This document shows, one piece after another, positions 5,483-13,436 of a DNA stretch of 14,144 nucleotides. Numbering within the stretch: position 1 is the stretch's first letter; each line of letters begins with the position of its first letter. The translations under genes and the position numbers were made by a program. Source of the DNA: a bacterium (GTDB lineage: Bacteria > Eisenbacteria > RBG-16-71-46). Under the pieces are notes generated by a model that worked only from the letters and a program-made list of their open reading frames with translations, ran no database searches and had not been told where the DNA came from. The stretch covers positions 1 to 14,144 of the forward strand of contig JAYWEM010000023.1 in the NCBI GenBank assembly GCA_043779265.1, written 5' to 3'.

Positions 5483-7579
5483 ATGTCGTCCCCGATGCGC
5501 CGCTGGACCCACTGGCTGATCTTGGCACTCAGCGTCGCCAGCCTGAGTCTCGTCCCGATCGCAGCTCTCGCCGTGTCCGGCAATGGCAAGCTGCAGATCC
5601 ATCACATGAAGATCGGTCAGGGTGACGGCATCCTGCTCATCTCGCCCAACGGCCAGACCGCGCTCTTCGACAACGGCGTCTACACGAACTGCACCTACAT
5701 CAAGAGCTATCTGCAGGGACTCTCGGTCACGTCGGTCGACTACCACTTCATGTCGCACTACCACGCCGACCACCTGGGCTGCCTCGATGATCTGGCGGCC
5801 ATCAACATCAATGTGGCGACGGCAGGCTACGACCGAGGCTACTCGTACACGAGCGCGTCCTACACGACCTACGTCAATACGCTCGGAGCCAAGCGACAGA
5901 CGATCGCCGCTGGCCAGACGATCACGCTCGATGCGGCGAGCGCCAACCCGGTGACGGTCACCTGCGTCAACCTCAATGGCGCCGGCGTGTATTCGCCGAC
6001 CGGTAGCGACGAGAACGCGAAGAGCGCCGTGTACAAGGTGAGCTACGGCGGCTTCAGCGAGGTCATCGGCGGCGACCTGACCGGCGATGGCTCGACCGAC
6101 GTCGAGACCACGATGGGCGCGCTGGTCGGGGACGTCGACGTGTACAAGGTGCATCATCACGCGTCGCGCTATTCGACCAACGACAACTGGCTCAATTCGA
6201 TCAAGGCGGAAGTCGCCGTCATCCAGTGTGGAACCGGCAACAGCTACGGCCACCCGACGCTGGATGCACTGACGCGGATGCACAACCACAACGTCAAGAC
6301 CTACTGGACCGAGACCGGCTCCGGCGCCGCACCCAACGCCACGTGGGACAAGGTCGCCAACGAGACCGTGCTGATCCAGGCCGACGTCGCGACGAGTTCC
6401 TACACCGTGAGCGGCCCTGGCTTCTCGGACACCTACCCGTTCGATGGCGGCGGCGGTCCGCCCCCGATTCTGAACGACGTGCGCGTGGCCTCGACGGTCA
6501 CTCTGCTCAACGGGACGGTGTCGAGCGGATCGGCCGCATCGCTCGCGGTCGACGACGGCACCAAGTACATCGTCTCGTCCAAGAAGGTGGGCTCCAACTA
6601 TTGGACTGATTGGTACGGCGAGATGGTGCTGGCGCATCCGGCGCTCAACCTGACAGTCACCTACAACGGCTCGTTCAACACGTCGCGCACGCAGACGCTC
6701 TATCTGTGGAGTTGGCTGACGAGCGCATGGGTCCAGATCGACCAGTCCACCGTCAGCTCGACCGACGTGACACGTACCTGGAACACCAGCTCGCCGGCGG
6801 CGTACGTCTCACCCACGGGACAGGTCCGACTGCGCGTGCTCGGCAACAACCGCACGAGCACCTACACGAGCCGTGGCGACTACATGGCGGCGAGCTACAC
6901 GTATAACCAGGGCACGGGCATGACGCGGACGCCGACCGAGTTCGCGGCGATGCAGCCTGCCGACTTCCACGAGCCGAGATCCGAGGCGTTCCCGCAGGCG
7001 CGCGTGAATCGCCTGCGGGCGGAGGCCGACGACGCGGGCGCCAAACTCGCCTGGGCGGTGGACATCAACGCGCATGTCGATGGGTTCAACATCTACCGCG
7101 CCGAGGAGAATGGATCTCTCACGTACGTCGGCAATGAGGCCCTGATCGAGACGACTGCCGAGGAGGCGGTGTTCGGCTTCACCGATCCGACGGCTCCCTC
7201 GGGTGAGTCGTGGTACTGGCTCGGCGCCCGCGCCTGCTCGGGTCCTGAGGGCATGGTCGGACCGATTCGAGTCGAGCGTGCCGCGGTGACGCCGGGCGCG
7301 ACGGCGCTGAGCTTCGCAGCGGGACCTAACCCCGCGCGCGGATCGCTCACGTTCGCCGTCGAACTGCCCATCTCGGGCGCCGCCCGACTGGACGTGTTCG
7401 ACCTCGCCGGTCGGCGCATCGCGACACCCTTCTCGGGCCGACTCGAAGCGGGCGTCCACTCGCTCGGATGGGCGCTTCAAGATGACGAAGGGGCGAGCCT
7501 CGGCTCCGGCATCTACTTCGCTCGCCTGGTGACACTCGGCCAGACACGACTGACGAGGCTGACGCTGCTCGGACGCTGA
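5483..7579 (+). CDS. Secreted ComEC/Rec2-type MBL-fold metallohydrolase with beta-rich accessory domains and FlgD-Ig/T9SS-like C-terminal domain, 698 aa
   Basis: GGAGG at 5471-5475 precedes ATG 5483, followed by a signal peptide (MRRWTHWLILALSVASLSLVPIAALA). ComEC-like MBL motifs: IGQGDGILL, FDNG, SHYHADHLG (HxHxDH at 5756-5773), ENAKS, GGD, KVHHHAS, SYGHP. After a GGGGPPP linker come a beta-sandwich domain, an Fn3-like LAW..GFNIYR..FTD..WYWL domain and the CTD GPNPARG..LDVFDLAGRRIA..W..SGIYFARL. Confidence 0.88.
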   Translation: MSSPMRRWTHWLILALSVASLSLVPIAALAVSGNGKLQIHHMKIGQGDGILLISPNGQTALFDNGVYTNCTYIKSYLQGLSVTSVDYHFMSHYHADHLGCLDDLAAININVATAGYDRGYSYTSASYTTYVNTLGAKRQTIAAGQTITLDAASANPVTVTCVNLNGAGVYSPTGSDENAKSAVYKVSYGGFSEVIGGDLTGDGSTDVETTMGALVGDVDVYKVHHHASRYSTNDNWLNSIKAEVAVIQCGTGNSYGHPTLDALTRMHNHNVKTYWTETGSGAAPNATWDKVANETVLIQADVATSSYTVSGPGFSDTYPFDGGGGPPPILNDVRVASTVTLLNGTVSSGSAASLAVDDGTKYIVSSKKVGSNYWTDWYGEMVLAHPALNLTVTYNGSFNTSRTQTLYLWSWLTSAWVQIDQSTVSSTDVTRTWNTSSPAAYVSPTGQVRLRVLGNNRTSTYTSRGDYMAASYTYNQGTGMTRTPTEFAAMQPADFHEPRSEAFPQARVNRLRAEADDAGAKLAWAVDINAHVDGFNIYRAEENGSLTYVGNEALIETTAEEAVFGFTDPTAPSGESWYWLGARACSGPEGMVGPIRVERAAVTPGATALSFAAGPNPARGSLTFAVELPISGAARLDVFDLAGRRIATPFSGRLEAGVHSLGWALQDDEGASLGSGIYFARLVTLGQTRLTRLTLLGR

Positions 7580-7602
7580 TCCAACTCCTACGACTAACGA
7601 GA

Positions 7603-7632
7603 GGGCCCGCCGGTCGAGAGACCTGCGGGCCC
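7603..7632. terminator. GC-rich hairpin between convergent genes (probable bidirectional terminator)
   Basis: GGGCCCGC-C-GGTC-GAGA-GACC-T-GCGGGCCC forms 12 bp with one mismatch and a GAGA loop. It sits between the stops at 7579 (+) and 7658 (-). There is no clear U-tract. Confidence 0.65.
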
Positions 7633-7657
7633 CCTGCTGTGTCCTCTCGTCCTTCTA

Positions 7658-8458
7658 CTACTTGCCGTCGCCATCCAGCAGATTGCCGAGGCCGCCGAGG
7701 ATCGAGCCCTGCTCACGGCCGCCACGTCCGGTCTGCGGAGCCGCCGCGTAGATCCGGCTCGCGAGACGCGACAGGGGCAGCGACTGGAGCCACACCTTGC
7801 CGGGCCCTCGCAACGTCGCGAGGAACAGCCCTTCGCCACCGAACAGCATGGTCTTGATGCCGCCCGCCATCTGGATGTCGTAGTCCACGCTCGGCTGCAT
7901 CCCGACGATGCAGCCGGTGTCGACGCGCAGCGACTCGCCGGGAGCCAGGGTGCGCTCTTCGAGCGTGCCACCGGCACTGACGAACGCCCAGCCGTCACCC
8001 TTCAGACGCTGCAGGATGAAGCCCTCGCCGCCGAACAGACCGGCTCCGAAGCGGCGCGTGAACGCGATGTCGAGTGCGACACCCTTGGCCGCGCACAGGA
8101 ACGAGTCCTTCTGCACGACGATGTCGCCGCCGAGTTCGGCGAGGTGCAGCGCGATGATCTTGCCCGGGTAGGGCGCCGCGAACGCCACCTTGCGCTTGAC
8201 CGAGCCTTGATTGCTGAACACCGTCATGAACAGCGACTCGCCGGTCAGCAGGCGCTTGCCCGCTCCCATGAGCGCGCCCATGAACCCACCCTGCTTCGCA
8301 GAGCCGTCGCCGAAGATGGTCTCCATATGGATCTCATCCTCGATGTACATCATCGCACCGGCCTCGCCGATCACGCCCTCCTGCGGATCCAGTTCGATCT
8401 TCACGAACTGCATATCGTCGCCGAGGATCTCGTAGTCGATCTCGTGCATCGTGGCCAT
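7658..8458 (-). CDS. TIGR00266 / AIM24 family protein
   Basis: [103 protein letters not shown] upstream. Confidence 0.93.
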   Translation of the reverse strand: MATMHEIDYEILGDDMQFVKIELDPQEGVIGEAGAMMYIEDEIHMETIFGDGSAKQGGFMGALMGAGKRLLTGESLFMTVFSNQGSVKRKVAFAAPYPGKIIALHLAELGGDIVVQKDSFLCAAKGVALDIAFTRRFGAGLFGGEGFILQRLKGDGWAFVSAGGTLEERTLAPGESLRVDTGCIVGMQPSVDYDIQMAGGIKTMLFGGEGLFLATLRGPGKVWLQSLPLSRLASRIYAAAPQTGRGGREQGSILGGLGNLLDGDGK

Positions 8459-8554
8459 GCGAGTCTCCTTCTCTCTGGTCAGGGGGGGAACCGCGCTGCG
8501 GCGTTCGGCCGCATGCAGAGGGATACGGGAATCAGTCCGCCAGGTTGCAGCGGA

Positions 8555-9343
8555 TCAGTCGGAATCGACCAGGCCGGCTTCGCGAGAGAGCGCTTCGAAG
8601 CGTTCGAGCCCGGCCTGGTCGTCGGGCCCGAAACGGTAGTGGAATCGCCGCAGATAGCCCTCCATCTCGGCCGGACTCCAGCCCGGAGCGGTCTCGCGGC
8701 GCGCGATCTCCGGCAGCGACGCCAGGCCGGCGGCGAGGGAGGCCTCGAGGAACGCGCGCAACTCCAGCTTCACCTGTGGCTCGAGCGTCGAGCGCACGAC
8801 CCACACGGCATAGACGAACGGCAGCCCCGTCCACGCCTCCCAATCCTGCCCGAGGTCCAGCGTGTGCGGGAAGCCCTCGATCGGACGCTTGCGCGTGCGC
8901 ATCGCCGTGTCGCCGATCAGCAGCACGCCATCGGATTGCGCCGGCTCGAGGCCGCGCACGTAGCGCACATCCGCGAGCCCGCGCCGGAGCCCCAAGAGCA
9001 ACTTGAGCAGACGGATGCTGGTGCTCGTCTCGGGCGTCACCGAGAGCAGCGCGCCTCCGAGCGCATCCGCCGGGCGGCGCGAGAACAACAGCACCGACAG
9101 CACTTCGCCCCTCGCGGCGATGCCCATCGGCGCCAGCAGTTCGAAACGATCGCGCAGCCGCAGATAGTCGCCTACGGCCATCAGCCCCATGTCGACCGTG
9201 CCCGCCTCGGCCTCGCGGCCGAGTTCGCGCGGCACGAGATTGCGCACCGCGAAGGGCGCGTCGTGCCAGAGGGCGTAGAACGGCGCCGCGTTGGAGTAGG
9301 GGATCCGTGCGGCGACCGTGCGTGTGGAGAGTCGGGAGGGCAT
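8555..9343 (-). CDS. mqnA: Chorismate dehydratase MqnA (futalosine menaquinone pathway; MqnA/MqnD family)
   Basis: RIPYSNAAPFY, GEVLSVLLFS, TSTSIRLLKLLL, LLIGDTAM and DLGQDWEAWTGLPFVYAVW match the characteristic MqnA pattern. Confidence 0.85.
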   Translation of the reverse strand: MPSRLSTRTVAARIPYSNAAPFYALWHDAPFAVRNLVPRELGREAEAGTVDMGLMAVGDYLRLRDRFELLAPMGIAARGEVLSVLLFSRRPADALGGALLSVTPETSTSIRLLKLLLGLRRGLADVRYVRGLEPAQSDGVLLIGDTAMRTRKRPIEGFPHTLDLGQDWEAWTGLPFVYAVWVVRSTLEPQVKLELRAFLEASLAAGLASLPEIARRETAPGWSPAEMEGYLRRFHYRFGPDDQAGLERFEALSREAGLVDSD

Positions 9344-9392
9344 GTCGGGAACGGAGTGTAGGCGGCCGGATGGGAGCCGTCGAGCCTCCGAT

Positions 9393-9935
9393 TCAGACCC
9401 TCTCGAGCGGGCGATGAGGCAGCGCGGGCAGCTCGATCGCGATCGGATCGCCCGCGCGCACCACGCCCCCCTCGCGCACCACGCTCATGATCCCGGAGCG
9501 CCGGACCACCTGACCCTCGGCATCGCGATCGAGCACGGCGGCCATCAGCCCGTCCTGGAAGGCGTCCAACTGCAAGCACGGATTGCGGAGCCCGGTGATC
9601 TCGACCACGGCCATCCCACCCAGCCTCAACCGAGTGCCGACCGGCAACGCCAGCAGGTCGATGCCGCGCGTCGTGATGTTCTCGCCCATGTCGCCCGGTG
9701 CCAACGTGAATCCGCGCGCACTCAGTTCATCGTGCAGCTCGGCGTGGATCAGGTGCACCTGGCGAAGATTGGGTTGCGTGGGGTCCTGCGCGACACGCGA
9801 ACGATGCTTCACGGTGACGCCGGCATGCGCGTCGCCCTCGACGCCGAGGCCCGCGAGCAGCGTGATAGCGCCTTGGACGGGCTTGGAGAAGGCGTGGCTC
9901 GGGTGCGCGCACACCGCGATGACGCGCGCGACCAC
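9393..9935 (-). CDS. MOSC domain-containing protein
   Basis: GLGVEGDAHAG, RQVHLI, PGDMGENITTRG, VEITGLRNPCLQL (conserved Cys), GIMSVVREGGVVRAGD. The GTG start lies 1 nt after the GNAT stop. Confidence 0.9.
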   Translation of the reverse strand: MVARVIAVCAHPSHAFSKPVQGAITLLAGLGVEGDAHAGVTVKHRSRVAQDPTQPNLRQVHLIHAELHDELSARGFTLAPGDMGENITTRGIDLLALPVGTRLRLGGMAVVEITGLRNPCLQLDAFQDGLMAAVLDRDAEGQVVRRSGIMSVVREGGVVRAGDPIAIELPALPHRPLERV

Positions 9936-9936
9936 T

Positions 9937-10422
9937 TCAGCCCAGCCGCATCACGATGCCGGTCACCCCTCGGCTGCGCTCGCCGCCGAAGTCGGCGATC
10001 TCGGATTCGCGACGGAAGCCGGCTCGCTCCAACAGGCGGATGGAGGCCAGGTTCGTGTCCGCGGTGACCGCGTGCAATGGGCGGATCCGGATGTCCTTCA
10101 GGAACTCGTTGACCGCCCAGGTCGCGATGCCGCGGCCCCAGTACTCCCTCGCCACCCAATAGCCCAACTCCTGGAGACCGTCTCGCGGGAACGTGGCGAC
10201 ATGGCCTGCTGGGAAGCCATCCACATCGATCGTGCGCAGCACGTTGGTGGGATCCACCAGCACGCGCGCGTAGTGAGCGAAGAACACATCATGCGGGCGA
10301 GGCGCGAGGCTCGAGATGCGGACCGACTCGGGGTCGGACTGCTGCTCGAAGAACGCGACCAGGTCGGCCTCGACCACGGGGCGCAGCTTGAGCACGGCGC
10401 GAGACGACCCTGAGTCGCTCAT
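9937..10422 (-). CDS. GNAT N-acetyltransferase, RimJ/RimL-like, 161 aa
   Basis: LKLRPVVEADL, ELGYWVAREYWGRGIAT (acetyl-CoA motif A) and NLASIRLLERAGF. The ATG at 10422 overlaps the DUF3303 stop (ATGA) and is preferred over the track start at 10512. Confidence 0.9.
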   Translation of the reverse strand: MSDSGSSRAVLKLRPVVEADLVAFFEQQSDPESVRISSLAPRPHDVFFAHYARVLVDPTNVLRTIDVDGFPAGHVATFPRDGLQELGYWVAREYWGRGIATWAVNEFLKDIRIRPLHAVTADTNLASIRLLERAGFRRESEIADFGGERSRGVTGIVMRLG

Positions 10423-10691
10423 GACGTCGGCCCCACGCGTGCGGCACCTTCGGCCGACGTGATCACCGGCAGCACCTCGAACTCGACCACGTCGTCCCAC
10501 TGGGCGATCCACGGATCGAGCAGCTCACGACTCTCGCACTCCATCACCTGGTAGCACGTCGTGAGATCGGGCGTGACCCAACTGTTCACGAAGGCCAGCC
10601 CTTCGGGCGCGAGCCGGCCTCGCTCGCGGAAGCGTGCGTACACGGGCGCCGGGTCCCCGCCTCGGAATCGTTCGATGATCAGGAAGTGCAT
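10419..10691 (-). CDS. DUF3303-family small protein, 90 aa
   Basis: MHFLIIERF..PVYARFRERGRLAPEGL..SWV..CYQVME..W..W.DVVEFEVLPVITSAE matches the DUF3303 pattern as I recall it. Confidence 0.82.
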   Translation of the reverse strand: MHFLIIERFRGGDPAPVYARFRERGRLAPEGLAFVNSWVTPDLTTCYQVMECESRELLDPWIAQWDDVVEFEVLPVITSAEGAARVGPTS

Positions 10692-10703
10692 GGCGAGATG
10701 GTA
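10692..10703 (-). promoter_or_regulatory. Candidate -10 element for a leaderless DUF3303 transcript
   Basis: The minus strand reads TACCAT-ctcgcc-ATG: a TAnnnT hexamer (10703-10698) 6 nt before the start codon, with no Shine-Dalgarno sequence. Confidence 0.4.
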
Positions 10704-10772
10704 ACGGTGGAGCGAGGTCCAGGCGAGTGACGCACTGCACCGCTCTCGAGCTCTTGCAGTTCGGGGCTCCTG

Positions 10773-11738
10773 TCACACGGACCTGGCTTCGAGTGCGAAT
10801 CGAATCTGGTCCACGAGCCAGCGGATGTAAGGCCATTCGCTCTGGGTCGGCTCTCGACCGTCGAACCGGATCCTTCTCTGCTCGAAAAACAGGCATGTAC
10901 GAAAATCGCTTAGGGTCTCGCAGGAGCGAAGCTTGGCAACCGCAAAGCAGTCGTGAGTGCTGCCCCAGAACTGATAACCGTCGAAAGTCAGAGCGAATCT
11001 TGCCACATCGAGCCACGGCGCAGTTGGAGCAGGGACGTGAATCGGCGCGAGACTGCCATTCCAGATCGGAGCCAGATGCTCGCCGCAAAGGAAACTCCGT
11101 GCTCGAGACTCGATTGTCTGAGCAACCGCGAGTGCTTCCGACACGTTCATGTTGCCCTTGATCACACACGCCAACGTTCGACATGCCTTCAGAACTGGGA
11201 GTTGGTCGTACATTGAGATTCGCACGACATGGGGCCCCTTCAAGAACGGCGACATATCGCGCAAGTAGTCGTAGAACGCTCGCTGCTTCCATCTCGCCGG
11301 TCCTTCGCCTTCAAGACTCCCGTCCGGACTCGATCGTCCGAACTGACGCTCGGAGCCGGGAGTTGTCCAATAGTTGCCGTAGGCAGCCTTCTTCAAGCAA
11401 TCGGGTTCATGCGTTTGGCAGTAGTCGCGATACTCCCTGAGAGGGAAAGCGTGCAACCTTTGATAGAGCGATGAATCGAGTGTTTGGAGGCGATATCGAT
11501 TGAAGTGCTGCGCCTCATCGAGCTCAACAACAAAACTCCCCACCGTCATATCCCACGCACCGAACTTCAGGGGGACTGACTCTTGAACGCCTCCGAGCGC
11601 GCGATAGACGCAGTCAATCTCCGCTACGATTTCTGCTTTGGAGTCCGGAGTAATCTCGGGTCGCGGCAGCAACAGTCGCCCAATCGGGTAGCCCGCCATC
11701 GCAACGAGTGACTTGAGATTGTCCTGTGCCTTCCCCAC
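10773..11738 (-). CDS. Low-GC two-domain hypothetical protein: N-terminal putative Vsr/PD-(D/E)XK-like nuclease domain plus an uncharacterised helical C-terminal domain, 321 aa
   Basis: GTG start 4 nt after the recQ stop, with a purine-rich RBS. Motifs WDMTVGSFVVELDEAQHFNRYR and RWKQRAFYDYLRD resemble what I recall as DUF7255-type proteins (unverified). The C-terminal domain reads FALTFDGY..FRTCLFFEQRR. Three hand-counted 60-nt lines give 50-55% GC. Confidence 0.75.
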   Translation of the reverse strand: MGKAQDNLKSLVAMAGYPIGRLLLPRPEITPDSKAEIVAEIDCVYRALGGVQESVPLKFGAWDMTVGSFVVELDEAQHFNRYRLQTLDSSLYQRLHAFPLREYRDYCQTHEPDCLKKAAYGNYWTTPGSERQFGRSSPDGSLEGEGPARWKQRAFYDYLRDMSPFLKGPHVVRISMYDQLPVLKACRTLACVIKGNMNVSEALAVAQTIESRARSFLCGEHLAPIWNGSLAPIHVPAPTAPWLDVARFALTFDGYQFWGSTHDCFAVAKLRSCETLSDFRTCLFFEQRRIRFDGREPTQSEWPYIRWLVDQIRFALEARSV

Positions 11739-11742
11739 TCCC

Positions 11743-13308
11743 TCACCCCTCTCTCAACCCCTCCAGGAATGCGTCGCCGTAGCGAGCCAGCTTGGCCGGC
11801 CCGACGCCGGGCACCGTCAGCAGCTCGTCCAGGTCGCGCGGCCGGCGGGCGGCCATCTCGCGCAGCGCGGCATCCCCGAACACGATGTAGGCGGGCACGC
11901 CCTCGGCATCGGCGAGACGCTTGCGCACCGCACGCAGGCGCTCGAATCGTTCACGCCCGGCCTCGTCCAGCGACTCGGCCGCATGCGACACGCGCCTGGA
12001 GCCACCGGCACCCGCGCTCTTCGCGAGCGCCGCCGCCGAGATGAGCGAGTCCACGCGCCGACCGCTGCAGGCGTCGCACGAGGACTCGCACGAGGCGAGC
12101 GACTCATCGAAGTAGCGGCACACGGCCTGATGACGGCAGACGTCGCGCTCCAGCATGCGGAACAGATCGATCGTCTTGCGCCTCGTATCGTCGCGGAGCG
12201 CGTCATCCTCGAGATTCGAGAGGAACCCGTCGTAGGCGATCACGTCGGCCCACGAGAAGTACGTGACGCATTCGCTCGGCAGGCCGTCTCGTCCGGCGCG
12301 CCCGATCTCCTGGTACCACGCCTCGACGCTCTTGGGCATGTCGCGATGCACGACGAGCCGCACATCGCCCTTGTCGATGCCCATCCCGAAAGCGACCGTG
12401 GCGACGATGACATCGGCCTCGTCTCTCGCGAAGGCATCCTGGTGCTGGGTACGAACTTTGTCGTCGAGCCCCGCGTGATAGGGCAGTGCGCGGATGCCGT
12501 GGCCGCGCAGGTACTCGGTCGTCTGCTCGACGGCCTTGCGGCTCATGCAATAGACGATCGCACTCTCGCCCGTGTACGTGCGCAGGAGCCCCAGCAGGTC
12601 GCGGCGGAAGTTGCGTCCAGGCTTGCCGTCGACCTGGCCCTTCTTGACCGTCGTCAGTCGCAGGTTGGGCCGGAAGAACGAGCCCTTGAAGCCATCGGGC
12701 TTCTTCATGCCGAGCTGCTTGATGATGTCACCCGCGACCTGGCGCGTGGCGGTCGCGGTCAGCGCCAGCACCGGGATGTCGCGCAACTCCTCCTTGAGCC
12801 CGCGGAGCCGGCGATAGGCGGGGCGGAAGTCATGCCCCCACTGACTGATGCAGTGCGCTTCATCGACGACGACCAGAGAGACCGGGCACTCGGCGATCAG
12901 CGCACGCAAGCCTCCATCGAGTGCCTCGGGAGCCAGGTAGAGCACTTCGATCCCACCCCGCCGCAGCTGCGACAGCCGCTCGCGCCTCTCGTCGAAGGAG
13001 AGCGACGAGTTGAGGAACGCCGCGCGGAATCCGTAGCGGACCAGCGCGTCGACCTGGTCCTTCATCAGCGAGATCAACGGCGAGAGGACGAGCACCGTGC
13101 CGGGCAGGATCTTGGCGGGCACCTGGAACGTGAGCGACTTGCCGGCGCCGGTGGGCATCACGCCAATGCAGTCGCGGCCCGCCAGCACCGAGTCGATGAT
13201 GCGGCGCTGACCGGGGCGGAACTCGCGGAATCCGAAGATGGCCTCGAGCACCTGCTGAGGGTCGCTGTAAGGCACATCGTGGAGCAGTGGCAGGTGCGAG
13301 TCGGACAC
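11743..13308 (-). CDS. recQ: RecQ-family ATP-dependent DNA helicase with Zn-binding module and HRDC, lacking the winged-helix domain, 521 aa
   Basis: FGFREFRPGQ (motif 0), MPTGAGKS, SPLISLMKDQV, VDEAHCISQWGHDFRP, ALTATAT, VATVAFGMGIDK, YQEIGRAGRDG, CRH..C..CDAC and HRDC VPAYIVFGDAALREMA..GVGPAKLARYG. GTG start with an AGGAG RBS. Confidence 0.95.
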   Translation of the reverse strand: MSDSHLPLLHDVPYSDPQQVLEAIFGFREFRPGQRRIIDSVLAGRDCIGVMPTGAGKSLTFQVPAKILPGTVLVLSPLISLMKDQVDALVRYGFRAAFLNSSLSFDERRERLSQLRRGGIEVLYLAPEALDGGLRALIAECPVSLVVVDEAHCISQWGHDFRPAYRRLRGLKEELRDIPVLALTATATRQVAGDIIKQLGMKKPDGFKGSFFRPNLRLTTVKKGQVDGKPGRNFRRDLLGLLRTYTGESAIVYCMSRKAVEQTTEYLRGHGIRALPYHAGLDDKVRTQHQDAFARDEADVIVATVAFGMGIDKGDVRLVVHRDMPKSVEAWYQEIGRAGRDGLPSECVTYFSWADVIAYDGFLSNLEDDALRDDTRRKTIDLFRMLERDVCRHQAVCRYFDESLASCESSCDACSGRRVDSLISAAALAKSAGAGGSRRVSHAAESLDEAGRERFERLRAVRKRLADAEGVPAYIVFGDAALREMAARRPRDLDELLTVPGVGPAKLARYGDAFLEGLREG

Positions 13309-13436
13309 GCGGGACTCCTCGAGGCTCGGCAGGGCGGGAAGCGGAACCGGGACTCTACGCGAATGGGGCTCGAGCGTGCAGCCGCAGCAGGCCCCTGCCG
13401 ATGACAGGGACGCACGTTCACCTGCCAGGAGGCCCC

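Noticed and set aside
8482..8513. G7 tract and small hairpin TGCGGC-GTTCG-GCCGCA upstream of the AIM24 gene
   Set aside because: Both are too short to be significant in high-GC DNA, and there is no evidence for phase variation or a structured RNA.
8555..9343. mqnA without other mqn genes as a sign of a novel pathway
   Set aside because: Futalosine-pathway genes are commonly scattered around the chromosome, and the neighbours show no coherent biosynthetic theme.
10704..10772. Imperfect inverted repeat ACTGCA...TGCAGT (10734-10760) after the low-GC gene as an integron attC site
   Set aside because: It lacks proper RYYYAAC / GTTRRRY ends, and no integrase or further cassettes are nearby. At most it is a weak terminator hairpin.
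4012..13404. Long opposite-strand ORFs 4012-5403, 5369-6637, 8144-9361, 9583-10413 and 11713-13404
   Set aside because: Each lies antisense to a gene with clear family motifs and has no recognisable motifs of its own.
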